Virus record (IMG/VR): IMGVR_UViG_3300025012_000028
Coordinates: 62,001-126,000 of that record
Length of the DNA: 64,000 nt
Strand: one strand, 5' to 3'
Below the pieces are notes generated by a model. It searched no databases. It had not been told where the DNA came from and worked only from the letters and a program-made list of their open reading frames with translations. Every line of letters starts with the position of its first letter. Position 1 is the first letter of the stretch. Made by a program: the position numbers and the translations under genes. This document shows, in pieces, positions 27,512-38,205 of this stretch.

Positions 27512-29194
27512 CTAACGAATGAAACATTTAAATTTAGCACGGTGGGCAGTGCTGGTTGGGGGGGCCGAACCTCCATAAATCTCAGGAGGAATCTGATTTC
27601 CCAAAGACTCCCAAATATAGGAGGTTAGCGTAACGGGGTTTATACCATCGAGCCGTTTTGCAGTAGCCGAAGCAAAACCCCTAGTTGGTGCTGGCATTGC
27701 ATCCCCACCAATAACTGTATCTGCTGCCGCCATTTGAGCTTTTACCCATTCTTCTAAAGGCCAAGGCCATAAATTCCCTTGTGGCGTATTCCAATCAGTA
27801 CTGCCATATTCTGTTCCATCAATGCCTAATTTCTGTAAAATATTAGCTCCTACCTGCCCGCCATTTCCAGCCGTAGCAAGAGGAGAACCTGTTTCAATTC
27901 TAACCGGATAAAGTAAACCGTTTGTAAATGGATTTGTTGTTATTTTTGTCCCGGCATAGGTTCCAAGACTGGTGTTATAGTAATTTAAATTATTCCCTGT
28001 AAAATTCGGAGCTGAAAATTGAGCAACGGCTGTTCCGGTATCTACAATAATAGAATCATTTATAGATTGTTGTGGACTCCCCCCGCTATAATAACCCCAT
28101 CCACATCCGTCTGCACCGCATAAATCGGTACTTAGATTTACAAAAGTTGTCCCATTAGTCTGATAGGTGAAATTATCTGGCCGGATATGTGCCATTGTGA
28201 CTCGGTTAGAACTAGTGCCGGAATACAAAACACCACCCCCGATATTAATCCCTGCTACGTCAATAAGATTTATCCCAGTCGCCCCGTTATGCTGGCTAAA
28301 GACCAAGGACTTTCCGTCATTAATAGCAAGACTTCCTTGAATAGTAAACTCTTGATTATCTTCATTATTTTCTTCAGAAAAAGCAGCTTGAATAGCAGAA
28401 CCAGTTACCCAGTAGTTAGGATCTCCGTCTATAACAATGCTATTTAAAAGCGCAACTCCGTGGTGATGATAGATAACAAATCCGCCTATAGGATCATTAT
28501 ACCCGGCGTCTACATAATCTTGCCTAGCAATACATCTTCTGCATACAGAATGGGTATTTTTGCCCGTATAAGAATCATCGAACCATACCATGTTAAATCG
28601 GCCTTTTCCATTAATAATAAAATCCTCAAAAATTGTATAATCCGTTTCATCTACAGAAATACCAGGATTATTCCCGTCCTTATCTCCCTGTACTGCGCAT
28701 TGTTTGAAATACCAATGAGTCGGCCCCCATATATTTTGCGTTTGTTTAAACCAAAGACCCTCAAATTTTACGTAACTGGAAGAAACTTTGCTACCTTGCC
28801 AAATGCCAGTTTCAGTGGCACTCCCCGGAGTACCAAAGATTACTTTTAACGGTTGTGCGCAAGCAACTCCATTCTGACAAGGAATATTACGAGCTTTGAC
28901 TATTGTATACTTTGCGTCTCCTTCTCCTGTCCCAGGGCCGTTAGGCGGTTTATCTGTAGTTTGTATTACATCCGTAGCTTTGTTATAAATCCCATCATCA
29001 ATTGTAAGCACATCCCCGCTGGACATAGCACTCATAGCAGCCTGAAGGTTGTTATAACAATTAGCATTTGTCCAATTGCCAGCAATAGATTTGCCGCTAG
29101 TTTTTGTCCCTGTTGTGGACATATAAACATCGGCCGCAAAAGTTGTAGTCGGGAGTAATAACCAAACAAAGAAGAGAGCAGTTATTCTATCCAT
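27512..29194 (-). CDS. Signal-peptide beta-helix (pectate lyase-like) protein
   Basis: MDRITALFFVWLLLPTTTFA|AD; LQAAMSAMSSGDVLTIDDGIY cap motif. Confidence 0.65.
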   Translation of the reverse strand: MDRITALFFVWLLLPTTTFAADVYMSTTGTKTSGKSIAGNWTNANCYNNLQAAMSAMSSGDVLTIDDGIYNKATDVIQTTDKPPNGPGTGEGDAKYTIVKARNIPCQNGVACAQPLKVIFGTPGSATETGIWQGSKVSSSYVKFEGLWFKQTQNIWGPTHWYFKQCAVQGDKDGNNPGISVDETDYTIFEDFIINGKGRFNMVWFDDSYTGKNTHSVCRRCIARQDYVDAGYNDPIGGFVIYHHHGVALLNSIVIDGDPNYWVTGSAIQAAFSEENNEDNQEFTIQGSLAINDGKSLVFSQHNGATGINLIDVAGINIGGGVLYSGTSSNRVTMAHIRPDNFTYQTNGTTFVNLSTDLCGADGCGWGYYSGGSPQQSINDSIIVDTGTAVAQFSAPNFTGNNLNYYNTSLGTYAGTKITTNPFTNGLLYPVRIETGSPLATAGNGGQVGANILQKLGIDGTEYGSTDWNTPQGNLWPWPLEEWVKAQMAAADTVIGGDAMPAPTRGFASATAKRLDGINPVTLTSYIWESLGNQIPPEIYGGSAPPTSTAHRAKFKCFIR

Positions 29195-31205
29195 AATCTA
29201 ACCCCAGTAGTTAACGGAGAGTTGCTTTGAAGAGTCAAAGTGGTCGGGGGAAAAGAAGCAAAAGCACTATCTGCAAAAACCCCTAATGCTGAACCGCTAT
29301 GAGATTCAGTAGCCCAAGTAGCACTGCATTCGACCATTACATGATAAGTAGTTCCGGAAGTAACGCCGTAGTTACTAATAGTAACATCATTCCAGCCTAC
29401 TGTAGAGGTAAAAGCATTACCAGTAGAAAGCCTGGTAGAATCAGAAGTAGCTCCGTCATAAAGTGCAATTTCACAAGATGCAGAGTTTGTTACCATGTTA
29501 ACAGATAGTTTAGTAACATTCCCTGTTGCTCCTGCTACGATTGGAGAACCGGCAGTATGGGTAGCCCCCCAAGAATCGTTGGTGGTAAAACTACTAGAAG
29601 TCATAGCCGTGGGATAGTACCAAGCCCCACTAGCCGCTAAAGTTGTAGAGGTAAATGTATCGCTTACTCCACCAATAGTTATAACAGTATTTGTAGCCGT
29701 TGAATTACTGCTACTAGATGTATGTTGTGCTCTTACAGTATCTCCATTGGAAACTGAACCACTGCTAGTTACAAAACTGCCACTGCTGTTTATATCATAA
29801 GCCCCCCACTAACTGTTATTGTTGCAGGACTATTTACCCCTGCAACAGCTATACCTGTAGAGGTTATAAGAGTAGACAAAGCCACGTTCGTTTGATCTGT
29901 AAAGTTAAAAGCATCCGGAGTAGTATCTGTAGGTTCTTCAGGTTCCGAAGGGGTTTCAACCCAAATAGGATCTTGATTAGCCGTTACATAGTGGATACTA
30001 TTTAATGTCGTGATTTTTGCTACTGTTCCGGCAAGGAGTTTAATTCTAGTAGCGGTGTAGTTTTCAAAAGGAGTGGTGGATTTCATCACAGTAAAACCAC
30101 CACTAGTAGCAGCTACTAGGGCAATAGAATAATTTCCAAAAACACTAACTGTGCTTATTCCTTCTGTGTAGTCCTCAAAAGTTTGAGTAGAGGAAGAAGC
30201 CGGAATAAAAGCAAATCCGGATCGAATGAAAGCATCGGTGAAAGGAGTCGGAACTAAACCAGAGTTACTCACAAGAAGATTTATTTGATCCTGGATACTT
30301 GATGTTACTCCATTCAAATATCCAGCCTCAGTAGCACTAACGTTAGGGGGCCAGTCGGAGAGTTCAGAGAGAGAGGAAGCACCACCAGCACTAGAAGAAC
30401 CAATACGTCTACAATTGTTATCAGTCTCACAATAATTAATTGTGGTCATATTGTGAAAAATAACACCTTTAGATCTGGGTCCAGTATAAGGAACATTTCC
30501 ATTAGAAAAATCGCCCATATGTTCACCATTGGGAGTATTTGTTATAAACCCCTTACTAACTATTTCATTATCTTTGAGTGCAGAAGTCATGCGATCAAAA
30601 GCTATATTACCCGTTCCATCTGCTCCTGCTGGACCCTGTTCACCTTGAATTCCTTGTAAACCCTGTTCACCGGTATCACCTTTTAAACCTTGAATTCCTT
30701 GTAAACCCTGTTCACCTTGAATTCCTTGTAAACCCTGTTCACCTTGAATTCCTTGTAAACCCTGTTCACCGGTATCACCTTTTAAACCTTGAATTCCTTG
30801 TAAACCCTGTTCACCTTGAATTCCGGTTGCGCCAGCATTTCCGGTATCCCCCTTATCACCTTTAGGAATTCTAACATCGAAAATTGCTGCTGTCGGTGTA
30901 CCAACATTAGTAAACTGAGCATCACTACCCGCCGCACCAGTTGTCACACTTCCAACAGCGATTGTTGGTGTGGTTCCCGTTTGACCTTGATAATTATTCT
31001 GTATATAAGATAAAATTTGATTCATATTTATAGTATATGCTACACCCTTTCCATCCAATGAATTGTCTGAAGGTCTACCCATTGGCACTTTGTCGGTAGA
31101 TCTAAGTGGACCCACTACGAGTGGTGTATGGGAAATATCAGCAGCAAAAGCACCAATTGTTATTAACAAAAAGAAACTAACTATCACCCAACCTTCTTTT
31201 TTCAT
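29182..31205 (-). CDS. Signal-peptide collagen-repeat fibre/adhesin, split by a -1 frameshift at a G6 tract (29802-29807)
   Basis: GxQ collagen repeats; EAGYLNGVTSSIQ; DTTPDAF domain continues in the -1 frame into ORF 29182..29604. Confidence 0.75.
30633..30824 (-). repeat. Collagen-coding tandem repeats
   Basis: Repeated units encoding GEQGLQGIQ and GLKGDT. Confidence 0.9.
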
Positions 31206-32075
31206 TTAACCCTCCGTTATAGAACTGTCATCGTCGTATGTTGCAACATTCCCATCATCGTATGTAACAAAGATGTCAGAAGAATTACCAACCAGATTAT
31301 TAATAATATTTTCAATAACCGGAATGTCCTCTTTGGGAGTATCGGGATAATCAGACGGCAATGGTGTTTTTGCTGTTGCTGTATATTTTTCCCAAAGAGT
31401 ATTAGTATAATCCTTGCAATTAACTTCAACAGTTTCGATTCGTTTGCCAGTTTTTTTCTGAAGATGGTAGTTGGCTCTTATTGTAAAATAATATGAAGTA
31501 GTAAAAAACCTTTCATCGGTTTCAGTAAGTTCAGTAGGCCAATCAAAACTAATAGTATTAAGGCCAATCGGAACCGATTCTGATTCACCAAACAAGTTTA
31601 AATCTAAAGATAGTGTGGGGGAGAAATAAGGAATCAAAGTCTCCATTAACTGTAAAGTATCGTCCAATGACTTTGTGATGATTGAAACTTCCATTTCCAA
31701 GTTGTATGGGACCGGAGCTATAGTATAATCATTCCCCGCCTCAATTCGGTTGAGCTTATTCATGTGCCTATCGGTATCATATAAAATGCCGGTTAGACTC
31801 ACACCAATTCTAGGAACAATGCGTTGCATTTCTACTGGTGCCTGTGAATCTTCGGGTGGAAAGGTTTTCCTAGCAGAAGATGAATTAACAATAGTATAAT
31901 ATTTGTCATGAACACCAAATTGAATTGGAACCTGTAATACTTTTCGGGTCGCGTAAGTTTGAGCGTCGGTGTCCCATGAAAGCTTTTCCAAACGGATATG
32001 ATCGTCCAAAAATTTGAGAAATCCAACAATGATTTTTTTAGTTATAAATTGGTGTGTTATTGCCAAGGGATTCAC
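31206..32075 (-). CDS. gp15: Tail sheath stabiliser/terminator (gp15-like)
   Basis: VPIQFG, PRIGV, YD.DR, PVPYNL, E.LIPYFSP. Confidence 0.92.
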   Translation of the reverse strand: MNPLAITHQFITKKIIVGFLKFLDDHIRLEKLSWDTDAQTYATRKVLQVPIQFGVHDKYYTIVNSSSARKTFPPEDSQAPVEMQRIVPRIGVSLTGILYDTDRHMNKLNRIEAGNDYTIAPVPYNLEMEVSIITKSLDDTLQLMETLIPYFSPTLSLDLNLFGESESVPIGLNTISFDWPTELTETDERFFTTSYYFTIRANYHLQKKTGKRIETVEVNCKDYTNTLWEKYTATAKTPLPSDYPDTPKEDIPVIENIINNLVGNSSDIFVTYDDGNVATYDDDSSITEG

Positions 32076-32092
32076 TCCACATATTTTTCTTT

Positions 32093-32138
32093 TATTTATG
32101 ATAATTTTGTTGACTTTAAAAGAGAATGGTGGTAAGAT
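32093..32138. promoter_or_regulatory. Variant late promoter (-) back-to-back with sigma70 promoter (+)
   Basis: CATAAATA (minus, 32093-32100); TTGACT(32110)-17 bp-TAAGAT(32133). Confidence 0.75.
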
Positions 32139-32180
32139 ATTTTAAATTCGAACCAAATAACTAATTAAGAAGGAGTATAA

Positions 32181-32357
32181 ATGATCCAGAAAACTCAGCG
32201 CAGGTATAAGAGACAGGTCAACTCTTATAAACCAAACCACAAAAAGAGCAAAACTTCATCACTCAACCATTGGGAAGTTGTGATACGAGAAACGTGGTGG
32301 TTGCTGGGTATCATTCCTATTTACAGCAGAGACACCATCATCACATCTACCATGTAA
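32181..32357 (+). CDS. Single-gene early island, basic protein with WWLLGIIPIY (58 aa)
   Basis: AAGGAG RBS; hand translated. Confidence 0.6.
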   Translation: MIQKTQRRYKRQVNSYKPNHKKSKTSSLNHWEVVIRETWWLLGIIPIYSRDTIITSTM

Positions 32358-32397
32358 TAAGAAAAGGCTTAGAGTTTCCTCTAAGCCTTTTCTTATT
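32356..32397. terminator. Bidirectional intrinsic terminator
   Basis: AATAAGAAAAGGCTTAGAG...CTCTAAGCCTTTTCTTATT. Confidence 0.85.
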
Positions 32398-33128
32398 TAA
32401 AATAAAGCATCTTCTTCGGTATCATCCACCACCGATTCTGCTTCTGTGGAAATTGGATCGTTGTATGCTGTTTTCTCCTGAGTCTCCACATCATAAATCT
32501 GTTGGTTGATGGTTTTAATTAACTCTAATGCTTGTAATTCGGATGGCATTGAAACATCTGTTGATACTTCGGAATGGTCGTACATATAAACCTTACATTT
32601 TAATTGATAAGCATTCCTATTCCCAAAGATATATCCCAAAGCAACTTCATCTTCCACATGACTCACTTCAAATAGCTTCTTGCTGTTCACATGATACACC
32701 AAATCCCCCTGTTTAGGATAGAAGGGTAGATAGGGTTGGGTTTCATTGGTGGACGGATCAGGATTCGTTTTCGCTTGCGAGAAGGTTATCTTTGGGCATG
32801 TGAATGTTTCTTCATCTGTGGTTCCCAAACCCAACTTAGAATATATATCCGCATTCTGCCAACCACCATTATTATTCAAGTTGTCTGCTTGTAAAAACAT
32901 TCTGGTTGCGGTCTGAAGCTTAGATGTAAGATATTCCCCAAAGATTGGTTCTGCTTCACCAAGATCTCTCTCAATATAGAATACTTCTACACCATGAAGA
33001 CAATTTGATTCATTCCATATATTCGAATACAAATTGGCTTCTCCTAACTCATTTACATTGAAGTTTCTGGTAAATCTAAATTGACCATCGTTGGGGTTAT
33101 TGAAAAATTGGGGTATTTTAGGATTCAT
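32397..33128 (-). CDS. gp14: Neck protein (gp14-like)
   Basis: GVEVFYI.R...IFGE, SKLG, PKQGDLVY, LFEVSHVE. Confidence 0.92.
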   Translation of the reverse strand: MNPKIPQFFNNPNDGQFRFTRNFNVNELGEANLYSNIWNESNCLHGVEVFYIERDLGEAEPIFGEYLTSKLQTATRMFLQADNLNNNGGWQNADIYSKLGLGTTDEETFTCPKITFSQAKTNPDPSTNETQPYLPFYPKQGDLVYHVNSKKLFEVSHVEDEVALGYIFGNRNAYQLKCKVYMYDHSEVSTDVSMPSELQALELIKTINQQIYDVETQEKTAYNDPISTEAESVVDDTEEDALF

Positions 33129-34221
33129 TAATTACCTCCGCAATCAAACTTGTCGAGGTATAAACCATCAATTTAAAATTGAATCCTAAATCCCTCACCC
33201 TTTTAAATTTAGCTTTATTTTTTTCAATATCACAGGAATAAGTATAATTGGATTTCACTTCTATTATTAAATTTTCCGATGGTATGTAAATGTCGGGGTA
33301 ATATCTATGATGTTTTTGATCTAATATATACCAAAAAGAGGGCATATCCTTTCTTGATGTAATTATATCTTCTTCATTATATTTCAATAATAATTCATCT
33401 AAAGCTTTATTTTCATACCCTTGTATTTTGATAATTGTACCTGACGGAAGTACATATTCTTTCCATCGGTGTGATTGTGTTTTTGCATGAATTTCGGGAA
33501 TTTGCATGGTATATTCGACACCATATAATTTCATCATAGTATGTCTATTGATACACCCCTGTGGTTTTGTTTTTTGTAAATTGCTTATATATGATCTATA
33601 TTCTGTGGTCTTGAAAAAACAATCGACACCATAACGATCCATACATGTTTTTCTTTTTCGATCTACCATTCCTTCTATTTGAGAATTAAAAAAAACACCA
33701 TGATTTTTAAATGTAGTTAGTTGACACTTTTTAATATTATTAACAGAACCATATTTTTTAAGTTTTTTATCTGAACTTTCTTTTATAAAAACATCATTCT
33801 GTAAGTTCCATTTTCCACCATGATTTTTTAAATTAGAGTCTTCCTTTTTATTCTTGACTATCATATTATTTGCCGAACATCCATAAGAACAATAAGTCGA
33901 ATACCCGTTCTTATAATCAAAAAAGTGTTTTTTATTATGTTGATTACACGTTGGACAAATTGGATAATCATAAATATCGTTCATAAACCAAAACATTTTT
34001 TCATTGAAAGTAGATGAATCGGGTAATTTTTCTCTACCTATCAACATCATTTGATAAAATTTATCGGGCAAGGTTCTTGAAATATTGCTATTTATTCTTC
34101 CATCATCATTTATCATATAGGTTCTAAATAGAGACCTAAGATCATTTTGTGTTTCAATCAAAGACAATTTATCGACAAATTCTTTCCACTTTTTTCTTTT
34201 TTCTGTTCTTAATAAATCCAT
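33118..34221 (-). mobile_element. Free-standing PD-(D/E)XK endonuclease between gp13 and gp14
   Basis: CPTC...YCSYGC, T...KYG repeats, C-terminal RYYPDIYIP...IIEVKS. Confidence 0.8.
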
Positions 34222-34222
34222 C

Positions 34223-35026
34223 TCAACCCACCAAGAATGATACAGGAATTTCCATCGTTTCTCTTAATTCTGTTTCTAGTTTTTCCATACTTTCTTTAGC
34301 TTCAGCCAGAATAGTAGGAACATCCAAAACAACCCCACCGGGAAGTGTGCTACCAGCATATTTCATTAAATTTGTCGCCCATTGATATTTTGCTTTAGCT
34401 ACCGAATAACCTCTTACCCAACCTTCTGAGTAAATATTCGATGATTCGTTTCCCGATTCATCGTAGGTGGGAACGTTCCTCAGATAAGTGTGAACCAACG
34501 CTGTGCTGCTTATTGTCGGTGGTTCGAAAAGTGTTAATGTTCTGGAAATTGAATTGAACTCATAAGAAACCTTTTTACCAAATATAACATCGATGGTACT
34601 TAACATATTATTGACCAATTCATATGTGAGCAAATCAATTTTTCCACCACGATACAAGTCACTGGCGACAAATTGGTTCATGGAAAACATATTGGAAGGT
34701 ACACCACCAATAATCCCCCCATCGACACCCATCATATGAACACCCAAGATTGCAAATGTCTCATAAGGTAATTTATAACTTTGTGTTCCCGCAACAATTT
34801 CTAATGGAACATACCGCTCAACCATACCATCATAAGCATATCTCATGAATAATTCTAAAGCATCATCGATAGCATCATTCAGGTTATCATCCGTCAATTC
34901 CAGATTGACGGCTTCTCCACCCAATTTCCTCCAAATGTATCGCTTCAAATCTGCCTTGGTTTTAATATATGGGGAATAACCAGACAACGACGGTGGAATT
35001 ATAATTGGCGAACCTGTAACTGGCAT
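34223..35026 (-). CDS. gp13: Neck protein (gp13-like)
   Basis: LKRYIWRKLG...LELT, KYQWATNLMKY...LPGGV.L. Confidence 0.94.
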   Translation of the reverse strand: MPVTGSPIIIPPSLSGYSPYIKTKADLKRYIWRKLGGEAVNLELTDDNLNDAIDDALELFMRYAYDGMVERYVPLEIVAGTQSYKLPYETFAILGVHMMGVDGGIIGGVPSNMFSMNQFVASDLYRGGKIDLLTYELVNNMLSTIDVIFGKKVSYEFNSISRTLTLFEPPTISSTALVHTYLRNVPTYDESGNESSNIYSEGWVRGYSVAKAKYQWATNLMKYAGSTLPGGVVLDVPTILAEAKESMEKLETELRETMEIPVSFLVG

Positions 35027-35027
35027 G

Positions 35028-35342
35028 TTAGATTCCTTTATTTTCGTTGATGATTTTATTTACTTCTGCCAGTTCTTCATTCAATTTGGCGGTCTTATCT
35101 TTTAAATTGGTATAATGGTTTATGATCGTTATGGCGTCAGATTTGTAGCTAGATGAATCTTTAGAAACAACACCAGCAACACCGGCAGATATCAGACCAA
35201 TAGTAATAGCAATGGATTCTTGATTGATTGGAGTTGTTCCGGTATACATTCCATAACCCATTAGAGCAGCAGCACCCAAGGCACCAATGCCACTAGTCGT
35301 TGATTTGGGATCTCTAAAAAAATTCTTTAAATCTATTTTCAT
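35028..35342 (-). CDS. Putative holin (two TM segments)
   Basis: PKSTTSG + two hydrophobic helices + SKD; lysis context. Confidence 0.65.
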   Translation of the reverse strand: MKIDLKNFFRDPKSTTSGIGALGAAALMGYGMYTGTTPINQESIAITIGLISAGVAGVVSKDSSSYKSDAITIINHYTNLKDKTAKLNEELAEVNKIINENKGI

Positions 35343-35353
35343 AAATCTCTCCT

Positions 35354-35971
35354 TTAAATTTCATAAATTCTTTTTTTATAAACCGCAATTCCGTGATCTT
35401 TACTATTTACAATTTCTCCATCATGATCACACAAAACTCTATCATCAGATTTGTGGATAAATAAAATTTTAAGTAACATAGGAACAGGATCGTCATCACA
35501 TACAATGCGAGTGTGATTTACATTGGGTGAAGAACCGAATCTAAAATGGACTTTGGGACATCCAAATGTTATTGTGGGCACTTTAAAATATTCCGCAAAC
35601 AAAAGAGCTAATGCACCACCCAACGAATGACCAGTGATGTATAATGGTATATGTTCCTGTCCCTTAATCAAATCGACAACATCAGCAAATAAATCTTCTT
35701 CTGCCTCACCGAAACCTTTATGAATCAAATAACCACATTTAGATTTAGAAGGAAAAATGTTAATATCCGTTAAAACATTTTGAAAATTGGCCGTGCCTCT
35801 GAATACCAAAAAGTTTTTATTGTCCTTTTTAATTAAACCAAACCTTTTATGATGTTTATTAATAAAATTTGGATTTGTATCATCATAACTTAATTCACAC
35901 AATTCGACACATATTTTCCATAGATTATGTTCTTCATCAGACAATACCCACGGTTGACAATTATCGCTCAT
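35354..35971 (-). CDS. Lipase class 3
   Basis: VFRGT, HKGF, TGHSLGGALA, TFGCP, DPVP, terminal His. Confidence 0.92.
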   Translation of the reverse strand: MSDNCQPWVLSDEEHNLWKICVELCELSYDDTNPNFINKHHKRFGLIKKDNKNFLVFRGTANFQNVLTDINIFPSKSKCGYLIHKGFGEAEEDLFADVVDLIKGQEHIPLYITGHSLGGALALLFAEYFKVPTITFGCPKVHFRFGSSPNVNHTRIVCDDDPVPMLLKILFIHKSDDRVLCDHDGEIVNSKDHGIAVYKKRIYEI

Positions 35972-36553
35972 TCAATCCACCTTCTTCGACATTACCGCAA
36001 CCAGATTATTATATCTACGTTTGCAATCGGACGGATGTTCTTTGCCATATTTCGTTTGTGTCAATTTGAAATTGAGAACATCCTTTGCTGTTATGGGCCT
36101 ATTTAATTTTTTATAGTATGCAGCAGAACCTTCGCCCTGACTACCATATTGATTGACATAATCTGCTTCAGCCAAGAGTGCAGCATCGTCGGCCACTTTA
36201 ATTCCATATTTGGCATTAAAATTTTTGGCTTTATCTACACAATATGCCAATTGTTTTTCATCGTAGATTGCAATGATGTCTGCTTTTGCTGCTAATCTAG
36301 GACTGAATTGTTTGACGTCTTCAATAGTTTGATTTACAATTCCTTTTATTTCAGTAGGAGTGAATCCACAATCAGAAAGACAACGTAATGCCGCATCATT
36401 ATTTTTCGTATCAAACTGACATACACCAAAAGACCAACCAGATTTTCCCGATCTAATACCATCTGGATCACTGAACCTATAAATGAATTTTGTGTTACTG
36501 TCTAGTTCGTTTGCAAAAATGATTTTTCTGAATAAAGAATAAATTGTTTCCAT
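35972..36553 (-). CDS. Putative endolysin (lysozyme-like)
   Basis: NE...SGWSFGVCQFD...DYVNQYG...RR; next to lipase and holin. Confidence 0.65.
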   Translation of the reverse strand: METIYSLFRKIIFANELDSNTKFIYRFSDPDGIRSGKSGWSFGVCQFDTKNNDAALRCLSDCGFTPTEIKGIVNQTIEDVKQFSPRLAAKADIIAIYDEKQLAYCVDKAKNFNAKYGIKVADDAALLAEADYVNQYGSQGEGSAAYYKKLNRPITAKDVLNFKLTQTKYGKEHPSDCKRRYNNLVAVMSKKVD

Positions 36554-36566
36554 TGTTTGTACCTCT

Positions 36567-37610
36567 TTAAGTTGTAATTTCTTTTGATGAAATTGTATAT
36601 TCACCTTGTTTGTAAAATTCAACAACATATATCATTCCACTATCAAGATAAATCGGTGAACTCCATCTACCATCTGATCTAGTAGATGATGAACCTTTTA
36701 TGAAAGTTTTAGATTTTTTATTTAACACATAATCTTCTTTTAAATAGACCACAATAGAAGCATTATCAATTCCACTTCCAGTTTCATCAACATACCGCAA
36801 ATTATCTTGAGTTGGAAAATCGTGGCTTATAGGTACACTTCCATCTACAAAGACACCCAAGTTTTCTAAAATGGTGGTGGTTGTTTGATTTAATTGTTGT
36901 GTTGTTGCCAACGGTGTTAAATCTAAATTTATTGTTGCGTTTGCGTCAACTTTATTGTCGGTAAAATTTAATAGATTAGTTTTGTTTTTAATTGTGGCAA
37001 TTGAAGTATTGTCCGGTGCGACATAATCATTTGTGGATAATTTAGTATTGATGATGGCCAGTAAAGCATTTAAACCAAAAGATGTACTTCTAATATCATT
37101 TTTTATAGATATGATATCTGCATTGTTTGGTGCATCGTATGATGCACTTGATAATCTAGTATTGATTGCTGTTAGTAGTGAATCAAGACCATACGATGCA
37201 TCTTGGAGAGTCGATAATATTACACTTATGTTATTGTTATCTGGTGCGTTAACCATATTGGTTGCTATACCAGAAAAGTTAGATTTATCTGTCAATGATC
37301 TAGAAGTATACAACCACATTTCTTCTGGAATATTGTTGAGAGTAGATTGTCTAGCAATATTACCATCAGACAAAGTTATCGTTCCAGTGGTGTAAATGTT
37401 CACATCTGTTGTTAAATGAATGCGAAACAAAGTATCTTCTGTCACGTTTGGATTATCAATCAAATAACACCCATTACCCAATTCCTGTAAAGTAGACCCA
37501 CTGGTCGATACAACAGACCCATCGGAGAATTTGTTAGAGTAATCCCACTCAAAATCATCAATAATTTTACCAATAATTGAAGGTGCAAACTCTATTAAAC
37601 ATTTAGCCAT
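36567..37610 (-). CDS. Putative virion structural protein with internal APDN repeats
   Basis: Three ~37-aa repeats; late promoter 37646-37653. Confidence 0.55.
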   Translation of the reverse strand: MAKCLIEFAPSIIGKIIDDFEWDYSNKFSDGSVVSTSGSTLQELGNGCYLIDNPNVTEDTLFRIHLTTDVNIYTTGTITLSDGNIARQSTLNNIPEEMWLYTSRSLTDKSNFSGIATNMVNAPDNNNISVILSTLQDASYGLDSLLTAINTRLSSASYDAPNNADIISIKNDIRSTSFGLNALLAIINTKLSTNDYVAPDNTSIATIKNKTNLLNFTDNKVDANATINLDLTPLATTQQLNQTTTTILENLGVFVDGSVPISHDFPTQDNLRYVDETGSGIDNASIVVYLKEDYVLNKKSKTFIKGSSSTRSDGRWSSPIYLDSGMIYVVEFYKQGEYTISSKEITT

Positions 37611-37661
37611 TTTAAAACCCCAAGGACGAATTGATTAATTTGTTTTATTTATAATAATTTA

Positions 37662-37697
37662 CCCCACACCCCTCCAAAATTCAGAGGGGCGTGGGGG
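37662..37697 (-). terminator. GC-rich hairpin after GC-rich gene block
   Basis: CCCCACACCCCTC...GAGGGGCGTGGGG. Confidence 0.6.
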
Positions 37698-37703
37698 TAG
37701 GGG

Positions 37704-38201
37704 TTATGCCGCTGCACCCGCCGTGAACTTGATCGGGTTAACGAGAGTGGGGATGGTGAAGTTGCCAACTCCGGTCCCTGCCGGGGATTTCATCACGTCG
37801 AACTTGCCGAGGCCGAGGACCGGGGAAGTGGAGAGGGTGCCAGTAGCCCGCACGATGGCGTAGGCGTCGGCATTCCATTCTTGGTTGTCCAGGGAGATGG
37901 GGGCGAAGTCAACAGCCTTGCCTCTGGTGATAGCGGCGATGTTTGCACCGGTAAGAGTAATGCCAGTTCCCTTGGTGTACCCGCCAGCGGTAGCGATTTC
38001 GCAAGCGGTCAGATCGTCCCAGAAGTCCGTACCGGCGGCGGTGAGGGTTGCGGCCCCCAGGGAAAGGTTGAGCAGGACCAGCTTGTAGCGCCCTGCTGCG
38101 GCGATGCCTGCGGCGGCGAACTGCCCCTCCACAAATTCATCCACACACTTGTCGGTCATGATTGCTTGTCCTGCTGCGAGTTCTGCGATGGTAGATGCCA
38201 T
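37704..38201 (-). CDS. Putative virion appendage protein, GC-rich
   Basis: YKLVLL...EIATAGGYT...GNFTI pattern; AAGGAG RBS. Confidence 0.6.
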   Translation of the reverse strand: MASTIAELAAGQAIMTDKCVDEFVEGQFAAAGIAAAGRYKLVLLNLSLGAATLTAAGTDFWDDLTACEIATAGGYTKGTGITLTGANIAAITRGKAVDFAPISLDNQEWNADAYAIVRATGTLSTSPVLGLGKFDVMKSPAGTGVGNFTIPTLVNPIKFTAGAAA

Positions 38202-38205
38202 GTTG

